Under the pieces are notes generated by a model. That model had not been told where the DNA came from. It made no database searches and saw only the letters and a list, made by a program, of their open reading frames with translations. A stretch of 54,832 nucleotides of DNA, taken from positions 1 to 54,832 of the forward strand of contig SGYR01000004.1 in assembly GCA_004213405.1 (NCBI GenBank), read 5' to 3'. Positions 8,820 through 19,499 of this stretch are shown here, piece after piece. Both the position numbers and the translations under genes were made by a program. Source of the stretch: Candidatus Actinomarinales bacterium. GTDB lineage: Bacteria; Actinomycetota; Acidimicrobiia; Actinomarinales; Actinomarinaceae. Positions within the stretch are counted from its first letter, which is position 1. Each line of letters opens with the position of its first letter.

Positions 8820-9722
8820 CTAAATTTCTTTATTTAAACCTATAAATTTCTTTTCTAATACCCACATACTAATGAATCCAATTACTACAAAAGTAAAAAA
8901 GAAAATCAGATCATTGCTTTGGTTAGCTGTCGGTAAAATTGGAGTTGTATATATTGGTTCATTTGAAGAGTTGTATTCTAAAACTTCATAAAAAGGCCAA
9001 ATTTTTAACAATGAGCCACCAAGAAATCCGATAAGAACACTAATTACAACATCGCTGTATTTTTTAAAAAGGTATGAGAAAACTCTACTGAATGTAACTA
9101 GACCCACTATGCAGCCAGCCAAAAATATTGATATGACAGCAGTATCAAAACTGTTCAAAGCTTTCAATATGAACTCGTACTTTGATAAGAATACAAGAAT
9201 AAAAGAACCACTTATACCCGGAAGAATCATCGCAGAAATTGCAATTGCGCCAGACAGAAATATAAAAAAATTTGTGTTTGGAGTAATCGAAGGTGCCTGT
9301 AGAGCAATATATGATGCAATGGATAGACCAATTACAAATGAAAGCAATACAGCAATACCTATTTTTTGAATTTGGTAAAAAATTAATATGCCGGAAGCAA
9401 TTATTAAACCAAAAAAGAATCCCCAAATTTTAAAAGGATGATCATCTAGTAAATAAACAATAAATCTTGAAAGAACCAAAATTGATGTCAACATTCCAAA
9501 AATCAATGTAATTAAAAAAGTTCCATTTATTTCTCTCCAAAATGCTGGAAATTTAAAGGTCAAGAGTAACTTCAATGTATTTGTATTAATAGATTTTATT
9601 GAATCAATTAACTCTTCATAAATACCCGTTATGAAGGCTATTGTTCCACCAGACACTCCAGGTATAATTTCAGCGATACCCATAAAGACACCTTTAAAGT
9701 ACAAATCAGGTTTAATTTTCAT
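8820..9722 (-). CDS. DUF368 family membrane protein (putative undecaprenyl-phosphate transporter)
   Basis: KGVFMGIAEIIPGVSGGTIAFITGIYEELI and the internal repeat AMILPGISGSFIL. Confidence 0.88.
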   Translation of the reverse strand: MKIKPDLYFKGVFMGIAEIIPGVSGGTIAFITGIYEELIDSIKSINTNTLKLLLTFKFPAFWREINGTFLITLIFGMLTSILVLSRFIVYLLDDHPFKIWGFFFGLIIASGILIFYQIQKIGIAVLLSFVIGLSIASYIALQAPSITPNTNFFIFLSGAIAISAMILPGISGSFILVFLSKYEFILKALNSFDTAVISIFLAGCIVGLVTFSRVFSYLFKKYSDVVISVLIGFLGGSLLKIWPFYEVLEYNSSNEPIYTTPILPTANQSNDLIFFFTFVVIGFISMWVLEKKFIGLNKEI

Positions 9723-9725
9723 AAG

Positions 9726-10874
9726 TTATTTTGTTTGGGTTCTTACTAATCTGAATAAAATTGGTGAAAAGGTTGCTGTTATCACAGCTAAAAGAATTAT
9801 CTGCTGCTCTAATTCTTTTGAAATTAAATCTAGATGAACACCTATTTCTGCCATTGCAATAATAAGACTAAATCTTGCTGATAGTAAAAAACCTCCTGCA
9901 AGCATATCTCTGAATTTTATCTTTGAGAAAACGAGTAGAAGAGAAGGGATGAACTTAACTCCAACTGCAATCAAGAATAAATACCCGACTTCGACAAAAA
10001 ATTGTGTTTCAGAAAAAACACTAATGTCATAATTTAATCCAATGTTTATAAAAAAGATAGGTATTAAAAATCCATAAGAAAATCCTTTTAAGCTGCTTTC
10101 TAAAGTTCCCCTATTCGAAAATGTGAAAGCGAAAATTGTTCCAGCTAAGAATGCACCAAGTATTGGTTCTATATCAAAAAATACTGAAACTCCAACAAGT
10201 ATCAACATAAGGGCTATAGAACTTCTTATTCCCAACTCATCCGGGTCGTTTCCGTCAAACATTCTAGAAAATAGTTGAGGATTCCACCAAGCAACTCTTC
10301 TAATAATTCTTAATAACATGATTACTACTACAAAATAAAGGACGACATTAAGGTTTGAAATAGACAATCCTCCAGCATTTATAAAAGATGCATACACAGT
10401 AGCTGCCAATAAAGTCAATATATCTGCAAGTAAAGCCACCATAAACAAAGTCTGTCCGTATTTTGTTTTAATCGTTCCATCACTTCTCAAAATAGTTATC
10501 ACTATATCAACACTTGTTGTGCACAGAACCAAAGCAAGGAAAATTGGATATCCCAAAGTAGAAATCAAATAGAAAGAAGTTATAACAGTAAGGAGATAGA
10601 TTGACATCGGGAGCGCTAGAGTTCTTAAACCTTTTTCGCGGAAAGTGTCTAACTCAATTTCAAACCCTGACAAAAACATCAATAGTAAAAAGCCAAGTAT
10701 TGCAAGACCAGAAATGAATTCTGATGAATCAACCCATCCTAAGACTGGTCCGACTGTAATCCCATAAGCTATCTCAAGTACAATTCCAGGTATCTTTATT
10801 CTTTGACCCACAAGTGGCAAGATAAATGCACCTAAGGAAATAATGACTAGGGATACTGCTTCAAACTCTTCCAT
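9726..10874 (-). CDS. Cation:proton antiporter (CPA2/NhaP superfamily)
   Basis: About 12 hydrophobic segments, FLMFLSGFEIELD, TSVDIV..IL, ILGAFLAG and FLIPIFFINIGL. Confidence 0.85.
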   Translation of the reverse strand: MEEFEAVSLVIISLGAFILPLVGQRIKIPGIVLEIAYGITVGPVLGWVDSSEFISGLAILGFLLLMFLSGFEIELDTFREKGLRTLALPMSIYLLTVITSFYLISTLGYPIFLALVLCTTSVDIVITILRSDGTIKTKYGQTLFMVALLADILTLLAATVYASFINAGGLSISNLNVVLYFVVVIMLLRIIRRVAWWNPQLFSRMFDGNDPDELGIRSSIALMLILVGVSVFFDIEPILGAFLAGTIFAFTFSNRGTLESSLKGFSYGFLIPIFFINIGLNYDISVFSETQFFVEVGYLFLIAVGVKFIPSLLLVFSKIKFRDMLAGGFLLSARFSLIIAMAEIGVHLDLISKELEQQIILLAVITATFSPILFRLVRTQTK

Positions 10875-10877
10875 AAA

Positions 10878-12281
10878 TTAACTTGGTATGTATAAAACAG
10901 AAGATTTTGAGTTATTAGATATGAATTCTGTTGTTTTCTTACTTTGCCATGATTGGTTTTTCCCATTTCCAATAATTGAAAGGTCAAATTTAGAAGATAA
11001 ATCAGAAAAGATTTTAGCTTCATTTCCCTCATGATTTTCAAAATCTAATTGAACTTCATAAGACAGAGCTAAGTCCTGCATTTTTTCTAAGGAATCGGTG
11101 AGCTTAGCATCATCATCAGATTGCAAAAATTTTGGTTGTGATACATTGACAGCAATCAAAGAAGCGGATAAAGAAGCAGCTAAATCGAATGCTATAGAAT
11201 TTGAAGTGTTTTCACCAAAATCATTATTGACAAGTATTCCAATCGTTTTGTAAGGGTATGTTGATTTTGAAAATAGTACAGGGGTCTTAGTTTTATTAGA
11301 TATGTTTATTAATGATTTAATTTTTGCTTTTGATATTCCTTCTTCGAGAGGATAAAAAATAGTTCCAATAGAGCCTTCCGTAACCATGTTTTCGATATCT
11401 TTATTAGAAATTTTATTTTTTAAAGTCATTTCAAACTCTTGATCTTTCAAAATAGCTTTAAAGGTTTCATCTGTTGACTCAAGATTATTATCAAACAAAT
11501 CTTCTTTGGTTAAAACCATCAAGGAGGTTGCTTTTGAATTTCTAGTGTAAAATTCAGATTCAGATAAATTTTTTAAATTGTCTTTATTTTCCAGAACTAC
11601 AAGAATATTTTTTCCATATTCTAAAGGATATCTTGATTCAGATCCTGAAAATAAATTAATTACATTCGAGAAGGCACCTGATTGTAAAACAATAGTTACA
11701 AGATCACCTGTTTCGATTTCGGTGTCGCCATGTGGAATGATTACCTTTCCTTTTCTTAGTAAAGCTCCAACAATGTAATAATCAGATCCAATTTCTTTTA
11801 ACTTCTTACCTCTAACTGGGCTGTCAGAGCTAATTTCAATTTCTATCGCTTCAGCTCTTCCACCAGCAAATGCTTGTGAAACAACTCTCCTTGGTTCTAA
11901 AATATGTTCAAACCTTCTAGCAAGAAGAATATCTGGCTCTACTACTTCTGCTCCAAGATTTTTGTAACTATCAGCATTTGAAGCTTCATTGACAACTGAA
12001 GATAATCTAAAAATATTATTTTGTTTTGCAATTTTTAATACTTCTAAATTTACTTCATCATTTAATGTAAGCGTTATAACTGCAGTCGTACTTTCTAATC
12101 CTGCTTTTTTTAAAACTAAAGATGAAGTTGCATCTCCCTGTATTTTTTCTATTTGCCTATTTGTACTAAAGTTTCTTAATTTATCTTGATCTAAATCAAT
12201 AACAGATATTGACCATCCAGAACTAATTCTATTTATTAGCTCTTTTGCTTCACCGTGTGCGCCTACAACTATTACTTTCAA
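10878..12281 (-). CDS. RCK (TrkA-N + TrkA-C) regulatory protein with a C-terminal USP-like region
   Basis: IEKIQGDATSSLVLKKAGL, SPVRGKKLKEI and IIPHGDTEIETGDLVTI. The C-terminal ~250 aa resembles tandem USP folds (ends SSVLYIP). Confidence 0.75.
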   Translation of the reverse strand: MKVIVVGAHGEAKELINRISSGWSISVIDLDQDKLRNFSTNRQIEKIQGDATSSLVLKKAGLESTTAVITLTLNDEVNLEVLKIAKQNNIFRLSSVVNEASNADSYKNLGAEVVEPDILLARRFEHILEPRRVVSQAFAGGRAEAIEIEISSDSPVRGKKLKEIGSDYYIVGALLRKGKVIIPHGDTEIETGDLVTIVLQSGAFSNVINLFSGSESRYPLEYGKNILVVLENKDNLKNLSESEFYTRNSKATSLMVLTKEDLFDNNLESTDETFKAILKDQEFEMTLKNKISNKDIENMVTEGSIGTIFYPLEEGISKAKIKSLINISNKTKTPVLFSKSTYPYKTIGILVNNDFGENTSNSIAFDLAASLSASLIAVNVSQPKFLQSDDDAKLTDSLEKMQDLALSYEVQLDFENHEGNEAKIFSDLSSKFDLSIIGNGKNQSWQSKKTTEFISNNSKSSVLYIPS

Positions 12282-12370
12282 GAGTTTATTATCCTATATT
12301 TTCATTTTAGTTAAAGAACTTCTTTGTAAAGCTTTTTATTTAAATAACTATTAAATATGTGCTTTTAAGT

Positions 12371-13462
12371 CTAAACACTGAATAAAAAGTGGATGACGTC
12401 ACCATCTTTAACAATATATTCTTTACCTTCAGATCTTAGCTTGCCTGCTTCTTTTGACCCTTTTTCTCCGTTATTTTGAATATAATCATCAAAGGTTACT
12501 GTTTCTGCTCTGATAAATCCCCTCTCAAAATCAGTGTGTATTTTACCAGCCGCTTTTGGAGCACTATCTCCAACATTTATTGTCCAAGCACGTACCTCTT
12601 TTTCTCCAGCAGTAAAATAAGTCTGTAAACCTAATAATTTGTATCCAGCCCTAGTCAACCTATCAAGGCCAGATTCTTCAAGACCAAGTTCTTTGAGAAA
12701 TTCAATTTTTTCTTCGTTTGTTAATCCAGAAATTTCAGCTTCAAGTTCAGCACATATTGCAACAACTTCTGAACCTTCTTCATTAGCTAAATCATATATT
12801 TGTTTTAAAAATGGATTACTTTCAAATCCATCTTCATTCACATTCGCAACATACAAAACAGGTTTAATTGTTAGAAGTTGAAAACCTTTTAATAGTTTCT
12901 GTTCTTCTTCGTTAAATGAAACTGTTCTTAATGACTTACCTTCCTCAAGAACGGGTAGGATCTTTTCAAGTAAATTTTTTAATGGTAGACCTTCTTTTTG
13001 TCCTGCTTTCGTGCCTTTTACAGCTTTCTGATACAGATTTTCAACTGTGCTTAAATCTGCAAGTACTAACTCTGTATTAATAATCTCTATATCGTCTTTT
13101 GGAGATACCTTTCCTGAGACATGAACGATATCTTCGTTTTCAAAAGCTCGAACAACATGCACGATTGCGTCAGTTTCTCGAATATTAGTTAAAAACTGAT
13201 TACCTAACCCTTCACCTTTAGAAGCTCCTTCAACAAGGCCAGCAATGTCTACAAATTCCATTGAAGTGGGAATAATTTCTTTTGGATTTACAATTTTGGC
13301 TAGTTGACCTAACCGAATGTCATTTACAGGCACAACGCCAATATTTGGTTCAATTGTACAGAAAGGGTAATTTGCAGACTCAATACCAGCCTGTGTTAAA
13401 GCATTAAATAGTGTCGACTTACCTACATTAGGCAGACCTACTATACCGCATTTAAATCCCAT
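12371..13462 (-). CDS. ychF: Redox-regulated ATPase YchF (OBG family)
   Basis: [48 protein letters not shown] and a C-terminal TGS domain. Confidence 0.97.
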   Translation of the reverse strand: MGFKCGIVGLPNVGKSTLFNALTQAGIESANYPFCTIEPNIGVVPVNDIRLGQLAKIVNPKEIIPTSMEFVDIAGLVEGASKGEGLGNQFLTNIRETDAIVHVVRAFENEDIVHVSGKVSPKDDIEIINTELVLADLSTVENLYQKAVKGTKAGQKEGLPLKNLLEKILPVLEEGKSLRTVSFNEEEQKLLKGFQLLTIKPVLYVANVNEDGFESNPFLKQIYDLANEEGSEVVAICAELEAEISGLTNEEKIEFLKELGLEESGLDRLTRAGYKLLGLQTYFTAGEKEVRAWTINVGDSAPKAAGKIHTDFERGFIRAETVTFDDYIQNNGEKGSKEAGKLRSEGKEYIVKDGDVIHFLFSV

Positions 13463-13627
13463 ATATCATTATCCTTTTTTTTAATACCTTTGTTTTAAAA
13501 GCAAAATACAAATAAATACTTTCAATAAATTAAAGACATATTAAATATAGTGTGTAAATTTATTAAATTTAAGTTTCTATTCCTCATCATTCAATTTATT
13601 TGATTAAAGTTTTATATGAGGGGGAAT

Positions 13628-14932
13628 ATGAACGAAAAAAATAACAAAAGAACCATTTTTGGCTGGTCAATGTATGATTGGGCCAAATCAGCATATGAAA
13701 CTACTACTCTTGGGGCGGTTTTACCTGTTTACTTTGTAAGTGTTGTTGTTCCAGAAGAAGGCTTTGTCTTCAGAGGTAATGTATATACCGGAGCAGAAGT
13801 CTGGGGCTTTGCTATTGGTTCTGCATTATTCATATTTTTTCTCATAATGCCAACAATTGGTGCAATTGCTGATATGTCTGGTAGCAGAATGAAATTTTTC
13901 AAGATATTTGCTTACGGAGGTGCTGTTTTTGCATCTTCATTTTACTTTGCAACATCAGGTGATGTCATATTGACATTAGGAATTTACTTTTTAGCTCAAT
14001 TTGGTGCTACAGGTTCAAATGTTTTTTACGACAGTGTTCTGAAAGATATAACAACTGATGATACTATTGATGCCGTTTCTGCAAGAGGTTATGCACTTGG
14101 TTATCTTGGTGGTGGAACCCAGCTAATTTTATCATTCGCAATAATACTCCTTGGTCCAGACCTACTAGGTATAGATGCTGCTTTAGCTTCAAGAATAGCA
14201 ATTTCGTTAGCTGGTCTGTGGTGGTTTATATTTTCAGTATTTAGTTTTTCAAGAATGAACATAGTCGAGACAAGATCAGGCTCTGAAAAAAGTTCTATAT
14301 CAGAAGCTTATAGTAGGAATTTTAAGACTTTGAAAAAAATTAGAAAATTTCCTTTTTTACTTTACTTTTTGGTTGCCTACATATTTTTCTGGGATGGCTT
14401 ACAGACTTTAATTAATATGTCAGCAGCATTCTTTACAGAAGTTCTGCTTTTAGACCAGACACAAGTACTCATCGTATTCTTAGTTGTTCAGTTTGTTGCC
14501 TACTTTGGTGCAAAACTAGCTGGAAATCTTGCTACTAAAATTGGTCAAAAAAATGTGTTATATTACACAATGTTTTTACTTTTTCTAGTGGGTAATGCTG
14601 GTTACATTGTTCCAGAAAAGCAACTAATCCCTGTAATCATCATGGGCATTATTACAGCTATGGGAATGGGTGGACTTCAGTCTGTCAGTAGAAGTGTTTA
14701 TGCAGCTATGTTGCCAAAGGGTGCTGAGGGAGAATTTATGGGATTCTTTTCAGTCCTCTCTAGATTTTCAGCTATCTGGGGTCCATTAATTTATGCATAT
14801 GTTAGTGCCTCGACTGGAAACCCAAGGCTTTCGCTTCCAGTCATTACATCTTTTTTCTTGATTGGAGCATTGCTTCTTAGAAAAGTAGATATGGACAAGA
14901 GGATTAGCGAAGAGGAGTGGGCTGCTAGTTAG
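13628..14932 (+). CDS. MFS transporter, UMF1/Atg22-like family
   Basis: GWSMYDWA, NVFYDSVL, SARGYALGYLGG, QSVSRSVYAAMLP and EFMGFF. Start re-called at ATG 13628 after GAGGGG. Confidence 0.85.
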   Translation: MNEKNNKRTIFGWSMYDWAKSAYETTTLGAVLPVYFVSVVVPEEGFVFRGNVYTGAEVWGFAIGSALFIFFLIMPTIGAIADMSGSRMKFFKIFAYGGAVFASSFYFATSGDVILTLGIYFLAQFGATGSNVFYDSVLKDITTDDTIDAVSARGYALGYLGGGTQLILSFAIILLGPDLLGIDAALASRIAISLAGLWWFIFSVFSFSRMNIVETRSGSEKSSISEAYSRNFKTLKKIRKFPFLLYFLVAYIFFWDGLQTLINMSAAFFTEVLLLDQTQVLIVFLVVQFVAYFGAKLAGNLATKIGQKNVLYYTMFLLFLVGNAGYIVPEKQLIPVIIMGIITAMGMGGLQSVSRSVYAAMLPKGAEGEFMGFFSVLSRFSAIWGPLIYAYVSASTGNPRLSLPVITSFFLIGALLLRKVDMDKRISEEEWAAS

Positions 14933-15764
14933 TTTGAATTAATCTTGATAGATTAAAAAATAAAGCTGACACTGTAATTGGTCCAACCCCACCAGGAAAT
15001 GGTGCTCGTGAACTAATTACCTCACCTATTTCAAGTGTGTCAATATCTCCATATGTTTTACCATCAACTGAAGATATTCCAATATCAATTATTGTTGCAC
15101 CATTTTTAAAATAAGTACTGTCGTACATTTTTGCTGAACCTATTGCAGAAATAAAAATATCTGCTTCTTTTGTAAATAATTTTTGATTTGTAGTCCTACT
15201 GTGAATGATTGAAATATTAGCATTGTAACTTTTTGATGACAAAATTTTAGCTAATGGCGCTGATACCAGCCTTGACCTTCCAGCAATAACTATGTTCTTA
15301 TCTTCCGTTTGAATATTGTAATAATTTAATAATTCCAATACTGCAAGTGAAGTTGCTGGTATTAACTTGTATGTATCGGAAAACAAACTTCCAAGATTGT
15401 AAGATGTTAATCCATCTACATCAATCTCATGTGGAATACAGTTGATTGCTTCTTCTGGATTAAGATGGCTTGGGAGTGGAAGCTGAATTATCAAGCCATT
15501 AGTAGCTTTTGACTCTTCAGATATAACTTCCTCTAAAGTTTCTTGTGAAGTATCAGTATCTAGTTTTAACCAATTGAATTCTACTCCAAGGTGTACTGCT
15601 TTTTCTTGTTTACGCGTAACGTATAACAAAGAAGCTGGGTTATCTCCCACTGTAATTGCAGTCAGATGAGGTTTCTTATTATCTTTGCTATGTTCTTGAA
15701 AGACATTTTTACTAATTTCATCAAGTTGCTCTGCAACAGGTGCGCCAAATAGTATTTGTTCCAT
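14925..15764 (-). CDS. folD: Bifunctional methylene-THF dehydrogenase/cyclohydrolase
   Basis: VGDNPASLLYVTRK, IIQLPLP, DVDGL, GRS and PFPGGVGPITV. Confidence 0.92.
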   Translation of the reverse strand: MEQILFGAPVAEQLDEISKNVFQEHSKDNKKPHLTAITVGDNPASLLYVTRKQEKAVHLGVEFNWLKLDTDTSQETLEEVISEESKATNGLIIQLPLPSHLNPEEAINCIPHEIDVDGLTSYNLGSLFSDTYKLIPATSLAVLELLNYYNIQTEDKNIVIAGRSRLVSAPLAKILSSKSYNANISIIHSRTTNQKLFTKEADIFISAIGSAKMYDSTYFKNGATIIDIGISSVDGKTYGDIDTLEIGEVISSRAPFPGGVGPITVSALFFNLSRLIQTN

Positions 15765-15832
15765 TTTTAATAGTTTAATAATTATGAAACATACTTACTA
15801 GATAACTTTATTAAAATAGCAATGAGCAAAAT

Positions 15833-17020
15833 ATGGATATTTCAAAATTAGATCAAAAAATTAAGCCTTCTGGAACAATGGCTATTTCAAACAAATCTAG
15901 AGAATTAAAGTCACAAGGCAAACCAGTTATCGGGTTTGGTGCTGGAGAACCAGACTTTCCTTCCCCAGATTATGTAGTAGATGCAGCTATAAAAGCAGCA
16001 GCTGATCCTAAAAATCACAAGTACTCTCCTGCAGCAGGTCTTGAATCACTAAGGCAAATAATTGCAAAAACTACAAAAGATTACTCAGGATTTGAAATAA
16101 ATTCAGATAATGTAATTGTTTCTAATGGTGGAAAGCAATCAATACTAACCGCATTTTTATCTACATTAGATCCTGGAGATGAAGTTATTATACCTGCGCC
16201 TTATTGGACAACTTATCCAGAAGCAGTGAAAATTGCTGGAGGGACTCCTGTTTTTATTGAAACTGAAAAAAGTAATAATTTTAAAGTAACAGTTGAACAA
16301 TTGGAAAAAAATAAAACTAAGAATACAAAAATGTTGGTTTGGTGTTCCCCATCAAACCCTACGGGAGTAGTTTATTCAAAAGAAGAAGCTGAAGAAATTT
16401 ATGAATGGATATTTAAAAACGATTTATGGATTTTGTCTGATGAACTATATGAACATCTAGTGTACGAAGGAGAAACATCTCCCTCACCAGCTATATATGA
16501 TCCAGAATTAAAAAATACAATTATTGTAAACGGTGTTTCAAAATCATATTCAATGACAGGATGGAGAGTTGGTTGGTTAATTGGAAACAAAAGTGTAATA
16601 GGGCTTGGAAAAAAAATACAATCACAGGCTACCTCAAATGTTTCTAATGTGTCCCAATTAGCTGCAGAAGCTGCACTACTTAATGGGCTTGAGGTAACTA
16701 ACGAAATGAAAATAGCCTTTAACAGAAGAAGACTCTTTGCAACAGAAAAAATTAATAGTATTCCAAATCTTAATGTTGTAAATAGCACTGGAGCTTTTTA
16801 TCTATTTGTTGATGTTAGTCACTATTGTTCCGAAAAAAATGGGTTGAATACTTCTGAAGAATTTTGTGATTGGCTCTTAGAGAATTATTTTATAGCGTTT
16901 GTTCCTGGTGAAGTTTTTGGAACTCCAGGATTTATGAGATTATCATATGCTTTAAGCGATGAAGATCTTGATAATGGATTGAGTCGACTAAGTGAAGCTA
17001 TAGATAATTTGAATGAATAA
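15833..17020 (+). CDS. aspC: Class I/II PLP aminotransferase (aspartate aminotransferase type)
   Basis: GAGEPDF, SPSNPTG, SDELYEHL and NGVSKSYSMTGWRVGW (PLP Lys). Confidence 0.88.
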   Translation: MDISKLDQKIKPSGTMAISNKSRELKSQGKPVIGFGAGEPDFPSPDYVVDAAIKAAADPKNHKYSPAAGLESLRQIIAKTTKDYSGFEINSDNVIVSNGGKQSILTAFLSTLDPGDEVIIPAPYWTTYPEAVKIAGGTPVFIETEKSNNFKVTVEQLEKNKTKNTKMLVWCSPSNPTGVVYSKEEAEEIYEWIFKNDLWILSDELYEHLVYEGETSPSPAIYDPELKNTIIVNGVSKSYSMTGWRVGWLIGNKSVIGLGKKIQSQATSNVSNVSQLAAEAALLNGLEVTNEMKIAFNRRRLFATEKINSIPNLNVVNSTGAFYLFVDVSHYCSEKNGLNTSEEFCDWLLENYFIAFVPGEVFGTPGFMRLSYALSDEDLDNGLSRLSEAIDNLNE

Positions 17021-18227
17021 TATAACAAAAAAAAGTCTTTTTTCTTGGCTCCTTTTCGATTTAGCAAATACAGTTTATGCATTCATTATTCCTGGTTTGT
17101 ACTTTTCAGTATGGTTAGTAAGTGAAAAAGGCTGGACAGACCAACAATTAGGATTAGCTACTTCAACAGCAATGGTTATAGTTGCTATTTTAGGACCATG
17201 GATTGGTAGAAAATCAGATAGTTCTGAAGGTAAAAAGAAAATATTATTATTTATGACTCTTATTTGTATTATTTCAACTTTCTTACTTGGCACATTTTCA
17301 GTTGAAGTATCAGTTCTATTATTTGTTTTTTCATTAATTGGGTTTAATTTAGGCTCAGTAGTCTATGACGCATTGCTTGTTTCTGTTAGCAATGAGGAAA
17401 ACAGGGGGAAAATATCTGGTTTAGGAGTAGCCTTCGGATACACAGGTTCATTAATTGGTTTTGGAGTTGCTACTTTATTACAAAATATGGGCTACAGCTA
17501 TGTAGAAATATTTAAATCTGTTGCTTTTTTGTTTTTAATATTTTCACTACCTGCCTTTTTATTTATTGAAGAAAAAATTACATCTAAAGAAAAAGTTAAA
17601 ATTAGCATCTTGAATTCTTTAAATGTTGTTATTAACTCTTGGAAACACTCAACACAATACAATGGGCTTACAAGATTTTTAGTTGGAAGATTTTTTTATG
17701 CCGATGCAATAAATACTTTAATTAGTGGATTGTTAGCAGTTTATCTAGTTGAAGAAGTGGGTCTTACTCCAGCAGACAGTCAAAGTATCCTTGCTTTAGC
17801 TATAGTTGTCTCAATTATAGGTGGGTATACATTTGGAAAAGCTGCTGATAGATTTGGTCCAAGAAGACTTATATTAATTAGTATTGTTTGTTGGATGCTT
17901 TCTTTATCGCTAGCAATTATTGCTACTGAATTTAATCAACTTTGGTTGATATACGTCACAGGTGTTCTTGGAGGTTTTAATATTGGAGGAATTTTTGCTG
18001 TTGATAGAGTCTTTATGACTCGACTTTCTCCTGAAAAACATTTAGGTGAGTTTTATGGTTTATATTCAACAGTTGGAAGATTTGCAACAATTATAGGCCC
18101 AATACTTTGGGGACTAATTGTTAATAGTTTGGGATTAGGAAGGAATGTTGCAATGGGATCTTTAATAGTTCTCTTAGCTATTTCTTACTACATTATCAAT
18201 GGAGTATCAGATAAAGCTGGAAATTAA
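17013..18227 (+). CDS. MFS transporter, UMF1/Atg22-like family (second paralog)
   Basis: SWLLFDLANT, VVYDALL, RGKISGLG and EFYGLYSTVGRF. Confidence 0.85.
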   Translation: MNNITKKSLFSWLLFDLANTVYAFIIPGLYFSVWLVSEKGWTDQQLGLATSTAMVIVAILGPWIGRKSDSSEGKKKILLFMTLICIISTFLLGTFSVEVSVLLFVFSLIGFNLGSVVYDALLVSVSNEENRGKISGLGVAFGYTGSLIGFGVATLLQNMGYSYVEIFKSVAFLFLIFSLPAFLFIEEKITSKEKVKISILNSLNVVINSWKHSTQYNGLTRFLVGRFFYADAINTLISGLLAVYLVEEVGLTPADSQSILALAIVVSIIGGYTFGKAADRFGPRRLILISIVCWMLSLSLAIIATEFNQLWLIYVTGVLGGFNIGGIFAVDRVFMTRLSPEKHLGEFYGLYSTVGRFATIIGPILWGLIVNSLGLGRNVAMGSLIVLLAISYYIINGVSDKAGN

Positions 18228-18565
18228 AAAAAGAAGAACCTTTTTTTCTTGTTAACTTCTTCTAACTGCTGTCTTGTATTTTTAAGTTTCTCTCTAAGAA
18301 AATCTGCTTCAGATTCTGCTTTAGCTGCCCTTTCACGAGCTTCAGCCATTTGTTGGCTTGCCTCATGTAAATTTCCTAATTGATTTAAGACTGTATTCCA
18401 AGCATCAAGAGGAACAAGAAGACTACCTTCTTCAGGAACCTCAATATCTTTTTGTGGATTTTCTGATGGCTTTTCCTCAGAAATACTTTCTTCAGATTTT
18501 TGATCGGTATTTTCTTTTTTTAGAAAATTGTACTTTTCTGCCATCCTGTCTTCGTAACTACTCAT
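18224..18565 (-). CDS. Hypothetical coiled-coil protein with a basic/aromatic C-terminus
   Basis: Its ATG overlaps the upstream gene stop. Heptad-like AEARERAAKAESEADFLREKL; ends KKKRFFFF. Confidence 0.75.
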   Translation of the reverse strand: MSSYEDRMAEKYNFLKKENTDQKSEESISEEKPSENPQKDIEVPEEGSLLVPLDAWNTVLNQLGNLHEASQQMAEARERAAKAESEADFLREKLKNTRQQLEEVNKKKRFFFF

Positions 18566-19499
18566 TAATAAAATCCTCTTTCATAGTATCTAAAGTTGTG
18601 TTTTTAAAAACAAATCCTTTTTCAAGTAATTTTTTAGGTATTGCTCTTATACTATTTAATCCTAATTGCTCACCAAGTTCCCAGCCAACAGCTATACGCA
18701 TAATTATTGGAGGTAATGGAGGAGCAAAATATTTTTTATTCATTGTTTTAGCAATAATTCTTGCAAATTCTTTTTGTTGAAGAGGTTCTGGGGCGGTGCA
18801 ATTGACTGGTCCGCGAATATCCGAATTTTTTAAACAGAAAATATAAGCGGCTACAAGATCATCAACTGATACCCAGGAAAAATATTGTTCTCCTTTTCCA
18901 ATAGGGCCTGATAAATTTAACTTAGAAACCAATGTAAAAATTTGAGTTGCTACATTCCCCTTTCCAAGGACAATACCCGCTCGACACATTACAATTCGTA
19001 CACCAAGCTTACGAATTTCATCTAAAGGTCCCTCCCATGCTTCTTCAACAACAAGTTGTAGATACTGACCCCGATTATAAGAAGTCTCCTCAGTAACTAC
19101 CTCATCTCCATGGTCTCCATATACATCATTTCCAGAAGCAGTTATAAAAATGTTTGGATGATTTTCAGATGATTGATATGCCTGAATAAAGGTCTCAGAT
19201 GCCCATTTTCTTGACCAGTATATTCTTGATTTTCTTTCTTTACTCCACCTTCCACCAGCAAATGGAAGGAATCCAAAAATATCTTTTGGTGCAATACTTT
19301 CACCTGCTAGATGTATGACTGCATCAAGAGATTCAAATTTCTCTTGATCAATTTCTTTTTTAGAAGGTTTCCAATAAATTTCATTTTCATTCTTAGGATC
19401 TCTTCTTACAAATTTGTAAACTTCAAAATCAGATTCATTTAAAGCTTTACAAAGTTTCCTACCTATAAAACCTGATGCACCAGTTACACCTATTTTCAT
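18558..19499 (-). CDS. TIGR01777 family NAD-dependent epimerase-like oxidoreductase
   Basis: GVTGASGFIGRKL, IHLAGESI, RWSKERK..IYWSR, GPVNCTAP and AIPKKLLEKGFVFK. Confidence 0.9.
   Translation of the reverse strand: MKIGVTGASGFIGRKLCKALNESDFEVYKFVRRDPKNENEIYWKPSKKEIDQEKFESLDAVIHLAGESIAPKDIFGFLPFAGGRWSKERKSRIYWSRKWASETFIQAYQSSENHPNIFITASGNDVYGDHGDEVVTEETSYNRGQYLQLVVEEAWEGPLDEIRKLGVRIVMCRAGIVLGKGNVATQIFTLVSKLNLSGPIGKGEQYFSWVSVDDLVAAYIFCLKNSDIRGPVNCTAPEPLQQKEFARIIAKTMNKKYFAPPLPPIIMRIAVGWELGEQLGLNSIRAIPKKLLEKGFVFKNTTLDTMKEDFINE

Noticed and set aside
18358-18780. 140-aa plus-strand ORF
   Set aside because: Overlaps two convincing minus-strand genes and shows no motifs.
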